Source: Balanoglossus misakiensis
Lineage: Eukaryota; Animalia; Hemichordata
Assembly (NCBI GenBank): GCA_040954595.2
Contig: CM082579.2
Location: 16,220,550-16,284,549, forward strand
Direction: 5' to 3'
Length of the DNA stretch: 64,000 bases
The notes beneath the pieces are model-generated. The model made no database searches, was not told the DNA's origin, and saw only the letters and a program-made list of their open reading frames with translations. A program made the translations under genes and the position numbers. This document shows, piece after piece, positions 12,961-23,537 of this stretch (position 1 is the stretch's first letter; each line of letters starts with the position of its first letter).

Positions 12961-13812
12961 TTTAAGCAATAACCCCCACTGAAGGCGGGTATACGCGATA
13001 TTTGGGTACAATTCGAGACATATAGCACGAGCCGTCAGGCGAGTGCTATATAGAGGAAATTGTACCCAAATCAAGTGTATACCCGACTGAGGCGGGGGTT
13101 ATTGCCATTATATTATATCAACAATTGTTTTTGTGGCATATCAGTGTCATTTTCTTACCGAAACTGAAATTACGATCGTGAACTAACATGACGACGATGA
13201 ATGTAAACACGAGCGGCCGGGATCGAGCATTAAACATGAAGCAGACGACAAAAAGTGACAAGACGGGCATCGCGCGTGACAAAGTGACAAATATTTTCAC
13301 AGAGCAGTTCCAAAATGAAACATCTGTTCATTCAACAGTATTTTTGTTTTATTTATTTGATTTAAACATGCGCGACTGTGGTTTAACCGCACATTTTTGC
13401 TGCCATATGCTAGTTCAGCAGTGCATTATTGAGTATTATATTATACCAGTATATTGATGGTGTAAATCACGCTATTTGATTGGTCGAGACACGACACGTG
13501 ACCGTGATATATTAGCAATATACCACAGTCATATATCATAGTCAAAGAAAATGCCTTTTTAAAATGTTTTATGCAAAGTTTCAATATAACGGCATAATAT
13601 AATAGCAATAAAACACCCCCAGCCAGGGTATACCACTCGATTTTGATCAGTTCAACTCCATATACGCACAAGCGATAGCGAGTGCGTATATGTTGTGAAC
13701 TGGTCAAAATCTCGTGGTATACCATGGCTGGGGGTGTTTTATTGCTTAATTTTAGCATCGCTGGATTGAGCTCTCATCCAATCAGAATTGTGGACGGTAG
13801 CATGATATAATA
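12961..13812 (+). mobile_element. Long-hairpin element family B with family A copy inserted; intact reverse copy 36021-36600
   Basis: Palindrome with central cgagccgtcaggcgag; collinear with reverse complement of 36021-36600 except for the family A insert. Confidence 0.75.
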
Positions 13813-13857
13813 TAATACAGAATTATTTACAGTCATGATTTGTATGTGTTATTACAG

Positions 13858-14026
13858 GATAATACCAGTACTTCACTACCGATGGATCTGGACATACCAG
13901 TGCCCTCTACAGCTCAAGTGCATCAAGTTGACTCACCAGCAGCAAGTTGATCCACAACAACAAAAACAACAACAACAACAACAGCAGAAAAGTGTTGTTT
14001 GGCACGGAGCCTTGGAATGGCAAGAG
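13858..14026 (+). pseudogene. MED25: MED25 exon, polyQ plus ACID start (KSVVWHGALEWQE)
   Basis: attacag/gtgtgt; matches MED25 WSGVLEWQE. Confidence 0.8.
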
Positions 14027-14509
14027 GTGTGTACAGCTCACATACAAATAACTAATTAAAACAATTGACTGTAGGTCAATGGGGTTATTGTGGTTGGATC
14101 ATGTTGGATAGTGAGCATTTTTCGATAAACTATTTGATTTTTAGGGTGCTTCCAGATGTATCTTTGGAGGGTACACATTACACAAATTATGAGCTTGGCT
14201 GAACAACGTGTGGTAGTACCCATCAAGGAAGTACACAGATTGGTCTTTCATCCAGAGGCACACAGTGTACATGCAATGCAATCATTTCCCTTTGTATGTC
14301 TTAACAAAGCAACCTTATACGACAGAAGCAGATTTAGATAAAAAATTTCATCTGGGTGATAAACTATATAAGTCCACTGTTACTTGGGATTTGAAACTCA
14401 ATGATAATTTTGTTAGTGACATTCTCGTGTTGGATGACCTACAACACTTTGTATTCATTAATTCATTGCATAAGTAGAGGTGAAATATTTAAATAATAAC
14501 ACATGTTAG

Positions 14510-14684
14510 CAAGGGCAATATCATGATCTTTGGCCTGCACAAGGGATGGTGATTGGAGTCAATTTTTTCCCCACATCAATCACTTGGTGCCATGTTTCAA
14601 AACTCACGCACTGTGGAGTTCCAGTTTATGAATAACAGCCAGGAAGCATACATATCTCTCTTCAGAATAATGTCTGGAGGATTT
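14510..14684 (+). pseudogene. MED25: MED25 ACID exon (DLWPAQ...LGAMFQNSRTVEFQFMNNSQEAYISLFRIMSGGF), frameshifted
   Basis: Matches EQWPQK...[34 protein letters not shown]; gtaagt donor; acceptor uncertain. Confidence 0.8.
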
Positions 14685-14766
14685 GTAAGTATTATCTTAT
14701 AATTGCACTGTAAAATTAAAGGATCATGTCAATTGTACTGCCATGCACCTGCAACTGACCCTCCAG

Positions 14767-14889
14767 ATATGAATGAATGTCACAGTGGTGGAAATGCATG
14801 TCAACACTGTTGTATGAATACCCATGGTAGTTATCTCTGCGCTTGCAGACCAGGATTCTATCTGCTGGAAGATGGCCATGCATGTGGCG
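14767..14889 (+). pseudogene. Calcium-binding EGF-like exon (DMNEC...CMNTHGSYLCAC)
   Basis: 123-nt phase 1-1 exon, ccag/gtatgt, cbEGF consensus. Confidence 0.85.
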
Positions 14890-14907
14890 GTATGTAACTG
14901 TGGATTT

Positions 14908-15050
14908 TGGTCTCTTCTGTGGCTACATTGTTTGGGGATTGTATATTGCTATGGTTACAATCAGCTAAACATTGGTCTCTTCTGTGGCTACATTGTTTGG
15001 GGATTGTATATTGCTATGGTTACAATCAGCTAAACATTGGTCTCTTCTGT
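14908..15050 (+). repeat. 65-bp tandem repeat, third unit split by a transposon (resumes at 17983)
   Basis: tggtctcttctgtggctacattgtttgggg... at 14908, 14973, 15038. Confidence 0.8.
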
Positions 15051-16041
15051 AGTGCCTTTCTCACGTGCCGTCAACGCCGCCCCAGCGGCTGCCCTAGGGC
15101 GGCGTTAATTTGTAAGTGCCACGTGTGAAAAGGTGAGAGCGGCCCTGCGCCGCTCTTTTTTTGTGACGGTGTTGAGGGGTGGGACCTGGGTCGGGGCGCC
15201 GCACTAAACAGCGATTCAAATCACGTGTGAACAGAAACACCGCACTAAACGCCGATCTAAACGCACTCTGCCGGCGCGGTTTGTCTCATTAAGCGCTGCA
15301 TTAAGCGTTGAGGTTCACTTTACTAAAACAATGGCCGAAGCAGTGTCTCGAGGCAACAATTGGAGTGACGCGGAAATGGCCAAGGCACATACAAAGGAAT
15401 TGCAAACTCGACCTCCGACGACGATTTAGTAGCATGGACTGCAGACTTCCAGGCGCAACCTCCAATGAAAGGTTACCATAAACCGGTATCGGTTCATTCA
15501 AATGCCCATGAAATCGGCGTTTTATTTTTGTTTTATTTATTTGATTTAAACACGCGCGACTGTGGTTTAACCGCACATTTTTGCTGCCATATGCTAGTTC
15601 AGCAGTGCATTATTGAGTATTATATTATACCAGTATATTGATGGTGTAAATCACGCTATTTGATTGGTCGAGATACGACACGTGACCGTGATATATTAGC
15701 AATATACCACAGTCATATATCATAGTCAAAGAAAATGCCTTTTTAAAATGTTTTATGCAAAGTTTCAATATAACGGCATAATATAATAGCAATAAAACAC
15801 CCCCAGCCATGGTATACCACTCGATTTTGATCAGTTCAACTCCATATACGCACAAGCGATAGCGAGTGCGTATATGTTGTGAACTGGTCAAAATCTCGTG
15901 GTATACCATGGCTGGGGGTGTTTTATTGCTTAATTTTAGCATCGCTGGATTGAGCTCTCATCCAATCAGAATTGTGGACGGTAGCATGATATAATATAAT
16001 ACAGAATTATTTACAGTCATGATTTGTATGTGTTATTACAG

Positions 16042-16210
16042 GATAATACCAGTACTTCACTACCGATGGATCTGGACATACCAGTGCCCTCTACAGCTCA
16101 AGCGCATCAAGTTGACTCACCAGCAGCAAGTTGATCCACAACAACAAAAACAACAACAACAACAACAGCAAAAAAGTGTTGTTTGGCACGGAGCCTTGGA
16201 ATGGCAAGAG
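16042..16210 (+). pseudogene. MED25: Duplicate MED25 polyQ/ACID-start exon
   Basis: Copy of 13858-14026. Confidence 0.8.
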
Positions 16211-16693
16211 GTGTGTACAGCTCACATACAAATAACTAATTAAAACAATTGACTGTAGGTCAATGGGGTTATTGTGGTTGGATCATGTTGGATAGTGAGC
16301 ATTTTTCGATAAACGATTTGATTTTTAGGGTGCTTCCAGATGTATCTTTGGAGGGTACACATTACACAAATTATGAGCTTGGCTGAACAACGTGTGGTAG
16401 TACCCATCAAGGAAGTACACAGATTGGTCTTTCATCCAGAGGCACACAGTGTACATGCAATGCAATCATTTCCCTTTGTATGTCTTAACAAAGCAACCTT
16501 ATACGACAGAAGCAGATTTAGATAAAAAATTTCATCTGGGTGATAAACTATATAAGTCCACTGTTACTTGGGATTTGAAACTCAATGATAATTTTGTTAG
16601 TGACATTCTCGTGTTGGATGACCTACAACACTTTGTATTCATTAATTCATTGCATAAGTAGAGGTGAAATATTTAAATAATAACACATGTTAG

Positions 16694-16868
16694 CGAGGGC
16701 AATATCATGATCTTTGGCCTGCACAAGGGATGGTGATTGGAGTCAATTTTTTCCCCACATCAATCACTTGGTGCCATGTTTCAAAACTCACGCACTGTGG
16801 AGTTCCAGTTTATGAATAACAGCCAGGAAGCATACATATCTCTCTTCAGAATAATGTCTGGAGGATTT
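16694..16868 (+). pseudogene. MED25: Duplicate MED25 ACID exon
   Basis: Copy of 14510-14684. Confidence 0.8.
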
Positions 16869-16950
16869 GTAAGTATTATCTTATAATTGCACTGTAAAAT
16901 TAAAGGATCATGTCAATTGTACTGCCATGCACCTGCAACTGACCCTCCAG

Positions 16951-17073
16951 ATATGAATGAATGTCACAGTGGTGGAAATGCATGTCAACACTGTTGTATG
17001 AATACCCATGGTAGTTATCTCTGCGCTTGCAGACCAGGATTCTATCTGCTGGAAGATGGCCATGCATGTGGCG
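16951..17073 (+). pseudogene. Duplicate cbEGF exon
   Basis: Copy of 14767-14889. Confidence 0.85.
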
Positions 17074-17234
17074 GTATGTAACTGTGGATTTTGGTCTCTT
17101 CTATGGCTACATTGTTTGGGGATTGTATATTGCTATGGTTACAATCAGCTAAACATTGGTCTCTTCTGTGGCTACGTTGTTTGGGGATTGTATATTGCTA
17201 TGGTTACAATCAGTTAAACATTGGTCTCTTCTGT

Positions 17235-17982
17235 AGTGCCTTTCTCACGTGCCGTCAACGCCGCCCCAGCGGCTGCCCTAGGGCGGCGTTAATTTGTAAG
17301 TGCCACGTGTGAAAAGGTGAGAGCGGCCCTGCGCCGCTCTTTTTTGTGACGGTGTTGAGGGGTGGGACCTGGGTCGGGGCGCCGCACTAAACAGCGATTC
17401 AAATCACGTGTGAACAGAAACACCGCACTAAACGCCGATCTAAACGCACTCTGCCGGCGCGGTTTGTCTCATTAAGCGCTGCATTAAGCGTTGAGGTTCA
17501 CTTTACTAAAACAATGGCCGAAGCAGTGTCTCGAGGCAACAATTGGAGTGACGCGGAAATGGCCAAGGCACATACAAAGGAATTGCAAACTCGACCTCCG
17601 ATGACGATTTAGTAGCATGGACTGCAGACTTCCAGGCGCAACCTCCAATGAAAGGTTACCATAAACCGGTATCGGTTCATTCAAATGCCCATGAAATCGG
17701 CGTCGGCGACGTTTAAAAAGCAAATTCAGGAGTACCATATACAGTAGCTCTGGACTTATACGCTGTTTGGGTATAAGTCCAGAGCTACATATACAGTAAA
17801 CACATCACTGAATCCGCCATTGCGACCTTTAGCCACGCTGCTGTGGACGCATTGAGTGCGGTGATCCCGTCCCTTTTATACACATGTGAATGCAAAACTA
17901 TTTGAGTCGCTGATAAGAAATGTTTACCAACTTTTATAATCCCAAAAAGGGCGCCCTAATCATTGCACGTGTGCAAGCGACT
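17235..17982 (+). mobile_element. Harbinger-like deletion derivative (truncated copy 15051-15520)
   Basis: Imperfect TIR agtgcctttctcacgtgc / gcacgtgtgcaagcgact, TGT duplication; remnant MAEAVSRGNNWSDAE resembles Myb/SANT start. Confidence 0.65.
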
Positions 17983-18975
17983 TGTGGCTACACTGTTTGG
18001 GGATTGCATATTGCTATGGTTACAATCAGCTAAACACACATCCTGTCTATCCATTGCACACATTTTAAAATTTGTAATCAACCGCACACTTGTACTGAAC
18101 ACATGTTTGTTGAAATTGTATCTTAGAATTGTTCCAATTATAATTATGCATAATATAAACAAATGAACAAATGTGAAAACTTATCTTTGAAAATGTGTTT
18201 GCAAGGTTGAAGAAGTAATCTGTATTTTAAAAATCAGACAAAGTTTTGCTGACAGGGTACACAAATTTCAGGGGATTTTGGAGAGAGTGTTAAAATTCCT
18301 AGGAAGAGATTGCCATGGATATTGAGGACTTTGGTGTAAACACAATTAATTGATCAAGAAATATGTGGTTAAGAATATGTGTCATCAACCTCACACGACA
18401 CTATAAGACTGTCTGATATATTCATGTACAAGTATTTTCACTACTTATTTGCATAATTCAATGAAATTAACATAAATTATCAACCTATAGCTAAGTAAAT
18501 TACCTCTGCAAAGAATAAATATACACTTAGAAAATTCATATAGTTTTCATCTCATTACAAAATGCTTCTCTGAGGGGACAGTAATTTTTAACGGGTATAT
18601 TCTTGATAACTCATCACCGTGAATGATCATTTCAAAACTTAACAAGGCATATGGCTAAAGAGGATTCAGTGTTTGTGCACCTTCTATCCACAATGCTGGA
18701 TCTATTGACAGTTTTCAAAGGGGTTTTTAAGACTCGTCCTTTTATTCAGCACTATTTCATTCCATTGCTTTTTTGGTTTATAGGGATTGTCTTTCAGAAC
18801 TGTTTCTGTTTGTTTGGGGTTTTTAAGTGTAATTTTTATCCTTTAAGCTTTCACTTGTTTTCTAATTTTATTATTTTCTGTAGAAAATGCACTGAGATGT
18901 ATGTGTATTACTTTTGTTAGGAAATAAATAATAATAAATTTATTAATAATAACTACCTTTGATTTCAGATTTCAG

Positions 18976-19096
18976 ATTTTTCTCAATGAATATATGGAGA
19001 GAGCAGATCTTTGTGGAGGCCAGTGTGTGAATACAGCAGGCTCTTTTTATTGCACTTGTGCTGTGGAATATTGATTGGTCAATGGAGAGTGTACAG
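18976..19096 (+). pseudogene. cbEGF exon, disabled (NEY...CGGQCVNTAGSFYCTC...Y*)
   Basis: ttcag/gtaaga; in-frame TGA and loss of first Cys. Confidence 0.8.
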
Positions 19097-21651
19097 GTAA
19101 GATCAACACAATATAGAAATAATGCACAACGCCCTGACCATTAACGTTTGTTTTTGGGCAAGGGCGAGGGGAAAGCCCAAAATTCATGGGCAAGGCTTCT
19201 GAGCCCATGAAATTTGGCTTTCCTAGAGCCCGAGCCCTACATTTATTTCCATTACATTACCAACAATCTCAAGAAAACCATCAATATTTATGAAAATGTC
19301 CCACACACAAGACTAGGGGCCCCAGAACTTGTGTTATGCAAAATGTTGTGTTCACTGAACTATTTGCTAATATTACTATTCAGATTTACGGGCATGTAAA
19401 CAAACCATTACTGGGTATTTGTGGTCAGTGATGTCGTTCATCTTGCCCAATTAAAATGCGACGCACAGACCATGGTAATATAATATGTGGGCAACGAAAG
19501 GTCCTATATCTGTAACTTTTGAATTTTTATTCAGTATTATGCTTGTTATCAACCATCATTTCTTGTTCAGCTCGGTGAAGCAGGGTAAGCAATGTTGTTA
19601 TTGTTTAAAAATTGTATTCAAGCCTGGGTCTGGACTTGGATGCAATTTGTCAATAATAACAGTGATTGGTAACTGCATGTTTTCATAACTGGCTATCTGT
19701 TAAAGAGACCATTTGCTGTGTGTACAGTACACATGCCATTGGCAGCTTATGGGTCAGCCAGTGTTTGCCTGTTAATCTCTCGTTGTGTATGTGTGTCTGT
19801 ACAGTCAGATCGCATGGTACTCATTAACATATGTTAATGAGGGAAAGTACTTCATACCATGTAGCCGTTACCGTGGGCCCCGCTGAAGGGTCGCGAAATA
19901 GGCCATTTTTTTACGCGACATTATAGACCTGATTTCAGGCGAACAGGACTGTGTACAAAATTGAGTATAGACAACTCAGGTTTTAAAGGATTTTCATCAT
20001 TTCCACTGTGTCAATGTCAGTACATCCTTGCTATGAGAAAAAGCCATCCCTTGTGTACTTCGTGCTTATCGCGGGCAAACAATTTGTTTAAAATCCCTGA
20101 TTTTGATATGGTGCAAACATTTCACCAACAAACTAACACACCATTTGCCCTTACTCAAGACAGCCTGATTTGTTTGAAATGATATAAAACATTTGATGCT
20201 TTAGCGGAAAAAGCAAGGTGTAGTATTCAACAAGGCCTAATTATGTCGAGTGATATAGCACTTGCTGAAGAAATTAAAAAATATGTCACAATGCTACAAA
20301 AAGGCTGCAGCTGTGACACCGACTTGGTGAATTTTGCATGCTGGAAAACTGCTGTCTTTTTAGGAGAAGTGCTCCTCAGAAAACACGCCATTCTATTGTT
20401 TGACGTCAGGCAATATTTCAATGATTGTTTAGATGATGAATATCAGACTTTGCGACCCAAGGTCAAGGTACAACCAGTGGAATTCCACAGAAAACCTAAT
20501 AGCTGGCTTATTCGGGAATTTCTATGTCTGTATTATCCAATTCACTTTTTTTTGTATCAAAAGTGAGTAGAAAGTTCTCCACCTTTTTGTACCGAACGGG
20601 TTCAGATCTCACTATTCCCTCCAAAATGCACTTGTCGAACATCCCCAGTATGTTGTGCAAGCTGAGAAACAGATAGAGAGGCTTGAAAAGCAAGTATGAG
20701 ACTTGAGTAAAGTTGACGTTGACTTTTTCAAAATGCTTGATTTGGTGGCTGTGAAATTAAATGTCAGCATTTATCAGCAATCTTAAAAATTCAGTAATTA
20801 CTGCAAAACAAACACTGTTGATCTGAGTACACTTGATGTTGAATATATTGTCAGTGAGATTGACCCTGTGTTATGGAATACTATTTTTATATATAATCCC
20901 ATGATATTTTTCTTTGTTTGACGTCATCGTATACGAGTGTTTTCGCAGAGCCGTGCAACTTCGAGCCGTAGGCAAGAAGTTGCTAGACTCCGCGAAAACC
21001 ACGAGTATACGATGACGTTAAATAAATGAAAAATATCATGGGATTATATATTTATCACATGAACAGTCTTCTTATTTTTCGTTAGAAGAGGTAGGATACA
21101 ATATTCCAATATCCTGCTAAAATATTCGAGCGGCCTTGTAGTTTATTTAGCGGGATTACGTTCTTTCCCCTGCGCAACGATCTGTGGCCCAAACGAGATA
21201 TGCTAATTATGGAATCACTTTCATTCATAAAGTGAAATCGACTTTCAAGTTTTTACACTTTTGCGTCTTGTCTACCAATCAGATTCGCGGAGTCAGTCAC
21301 ATGGGCCAGAATTTTGATACATTTTGCCTGTCAATCATTGTCTCGCGCTGTGTACATGTCAACACAACATCTTAGCAATTAATCGCGTCGAGTTGCCTGC
21401 AAAGTTATGCTGCAAGTCGCAGTTTGACAGAAAAAATGACGCACTTCACTGTAAAATTTATGAAAAAATAAACACAGTTCCATTGCCATATATCCTAAAA
21501 CCATTATTGTGACAGGATATTAAAAATATTAGTCCAGGAACGATGTTCAAGGTTCAAGGTTGCGTTTGCGTCGGCCTGGCTAGTCAGCGCAGTTGTGCTT
21601 CCGCGGAAATACAACCGTCGTACAGAATCTCAGCCTTGGACCCCAGACAAA

Positions 21652-23537
21652 TAGTGCAGGAGCTAAACCCCACATTTTGGCATAATTGTGCACTTTGGGT
21701 TAAAAGCATAAAACTTGGTACACTTATGCATTGACCCGTGGCGGCCGTTTTCTGATATGGATCCAAAATTACAGCACCCTCTAGTGGCCAGAAAAAGACA
21801 TTCATACTTAAAAATTGTGCACTTTGGGTTAAAATCATGAAATTTGGTACAATTATTCATTGACCCATGGCGGACATTTTCCAATATGGATCCCAAAAGA
21901 CAGCGCCCTCTAGTGGCTAGAAACTGACATTTACACTTTTCCCCCCATTAATGACTCTTTTTGGGCAAGTTTAACACTCAGAGACAGGAATGTGGGTTGT
22001 AAAACATGCTTGCTCCCATACATTCCTTTGAATATTATCCTAATCCTGATGTACATGCATCAGATCAATTTTGTATGTTACTAATTGAACGATTTGTTCT
22101 TCGAAATAACAACCAGTTCAATACACAAAGTCATGCAAAGGGATAATACAACACCTCTTCTCCAGAAAGTCAAGGATTCTCGAGAATACAGGCAGCATCT
22201 AAAGAACATGTGCTGTGAGAAACCTAGCAAAGCTATATCAAACCAACAGAATCCCAGTGGAAATCAAGTTGGACAACTCTTAGTCAAGCCCAAGAAAAGA
22301 GTCAACCTCAGGAAATCAGTGGCCAAAAGTCATGGACATGATTCTGTAGGTGCTTTAGGTCTAGTCTGACAGCAGTGGTCATTGTTACTGTGAAGGAAGA
22401 TGTAATCAAGATTGATCTGATAAATGTATATCAGGATTAGGATAATACTGTGGAATACTTTATTATCGCTGGAATATATTTTCGCGCAATGGATAAAATC
22501 GATACGTCGGCGCGACTTTATTTTCGCGCTGATCGCTTTACATTGTCATCAGCCAAGGCGCTGTACGCTAATTGAAATTAGACGTTGACAAAGCTAAGTC
22601 ATCAAACACAAACATCACAGACTGCCGTTAGGTGACAAACAATGCGTTTTGGGTGTCAATCAAGTCGGCAAACATTTGATTTTATTGTTTTTAACCAGTT
22701 TTAGTTATGGTGTTAATTACAAGGTGTCGGTAATGACTGTCGGCATGTGAGTGCGTTAGTGCGTGTTCCGTGTCAGATTGACATCGACAAAGCTAAGTCG
22801 TCAAACACAAACATCACAGGCTGCTGTTAGGTGACAAACAATGCGTTTTGGGTGTCAATCGAGTCGGCAAACATTTGATTTTATTGTTTTTAACCAGTTT
22901 TAGTTATGGTGTCAATTACTAGGTGTCGATAATGACTGTCGGCATGTGAGTGCGTGAGCGTGAGTGCGTGTTCCGTGTCAGATTGTTTTCCATAGACGTA
23001 ACATGCAAGTAATCAGTGGTCAAAGGTCACTGCGTCAGTCGATCTAGCTCATTAATATTCATGTCTATTGTGTTCAAAACATACCGCTGGAACAAATTTT
23101 CGCACAAAAATTACCTCCGCGAAAGCAGCCAAAATAAATTCCACGCGAACAAAAAGTATTCCACAGTATACACATGAATGTATGGTAGCAAGCATGTTTT
23201 ACAACCCACATTCCTGTTTCAGAGTGTTACAAATGACCAAAAAGTGCCATTAATTGGGGGAAAGTGTGAATGTCAGTTTCTGGCCACAAGAGGGCGCTGT
23301 CATTTTGGATCCATATCAGAAAATGGCCGCCATGGGTCAATGCATAAGTGTACCAAGTTTCAGGCTTTTAACCTGAAGTGCACGGTTTTTAAGTATGAAT
23401 GTCTGTTTCTGGCCACTAGAGGGCGCTGTCATTTTGGATCCATATCAGAAAATGGCCGCCATGGGTCAATGCATAAGTGTACCAAGTTTCATGCTTTTAA
23501 CCCAAAGTGCACGATTTTTTTGTTAACTGCCCCACTA
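21652..23537. mobile_element. Non-autonomous TAGTG...CACTA element with long subterminal inverted repeats (Academ-like)
   Basis: AAA duplication; empty site cacacaaatgttttcg at ~39336; deleted copy 49576-49755 with CTA duplication. Confidence 0.75.
22448..23166. mobile_element. TA-flanked MITE with internal ~200-bp direct repeat
   Basis: ta|ctgtggaatacttt ... aaagtattccacag|ta; repeat at ~22585 and ~22786. Confidence 0.7.

Larger units (their letters stand above)
13341..17703 (+). repeat. Tandem duplication, ~2184-bp unit (13341-15523 / 15524-17703)
   Basis: Near-identical ORF pairs offset by 2184 (e.g. 13441/15625, 14703/16887); scattered substitutions. Confidence 0.95.

Noticed and set aside
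13441-13758. 105-aa ORF present twice
   Set aside because: Lies within a palindromic non-coding repeat; second copy is due to the duplication
14146-14297. Possible small intermediate MED25 ACID exon or other exon
   Set aside because: Plausible splice sites but no convincing motif match
14510-14889. Functional MED25-EGF fusion protein
   Set aside because: Donor phase 0 versus acceptor phase 1 and upstream frameshifts/stops
21652-23537. CACTA/EnSpm assignment
   Set aside because: Termini are TAGTG...CACTA, the reverse of CACTA elements
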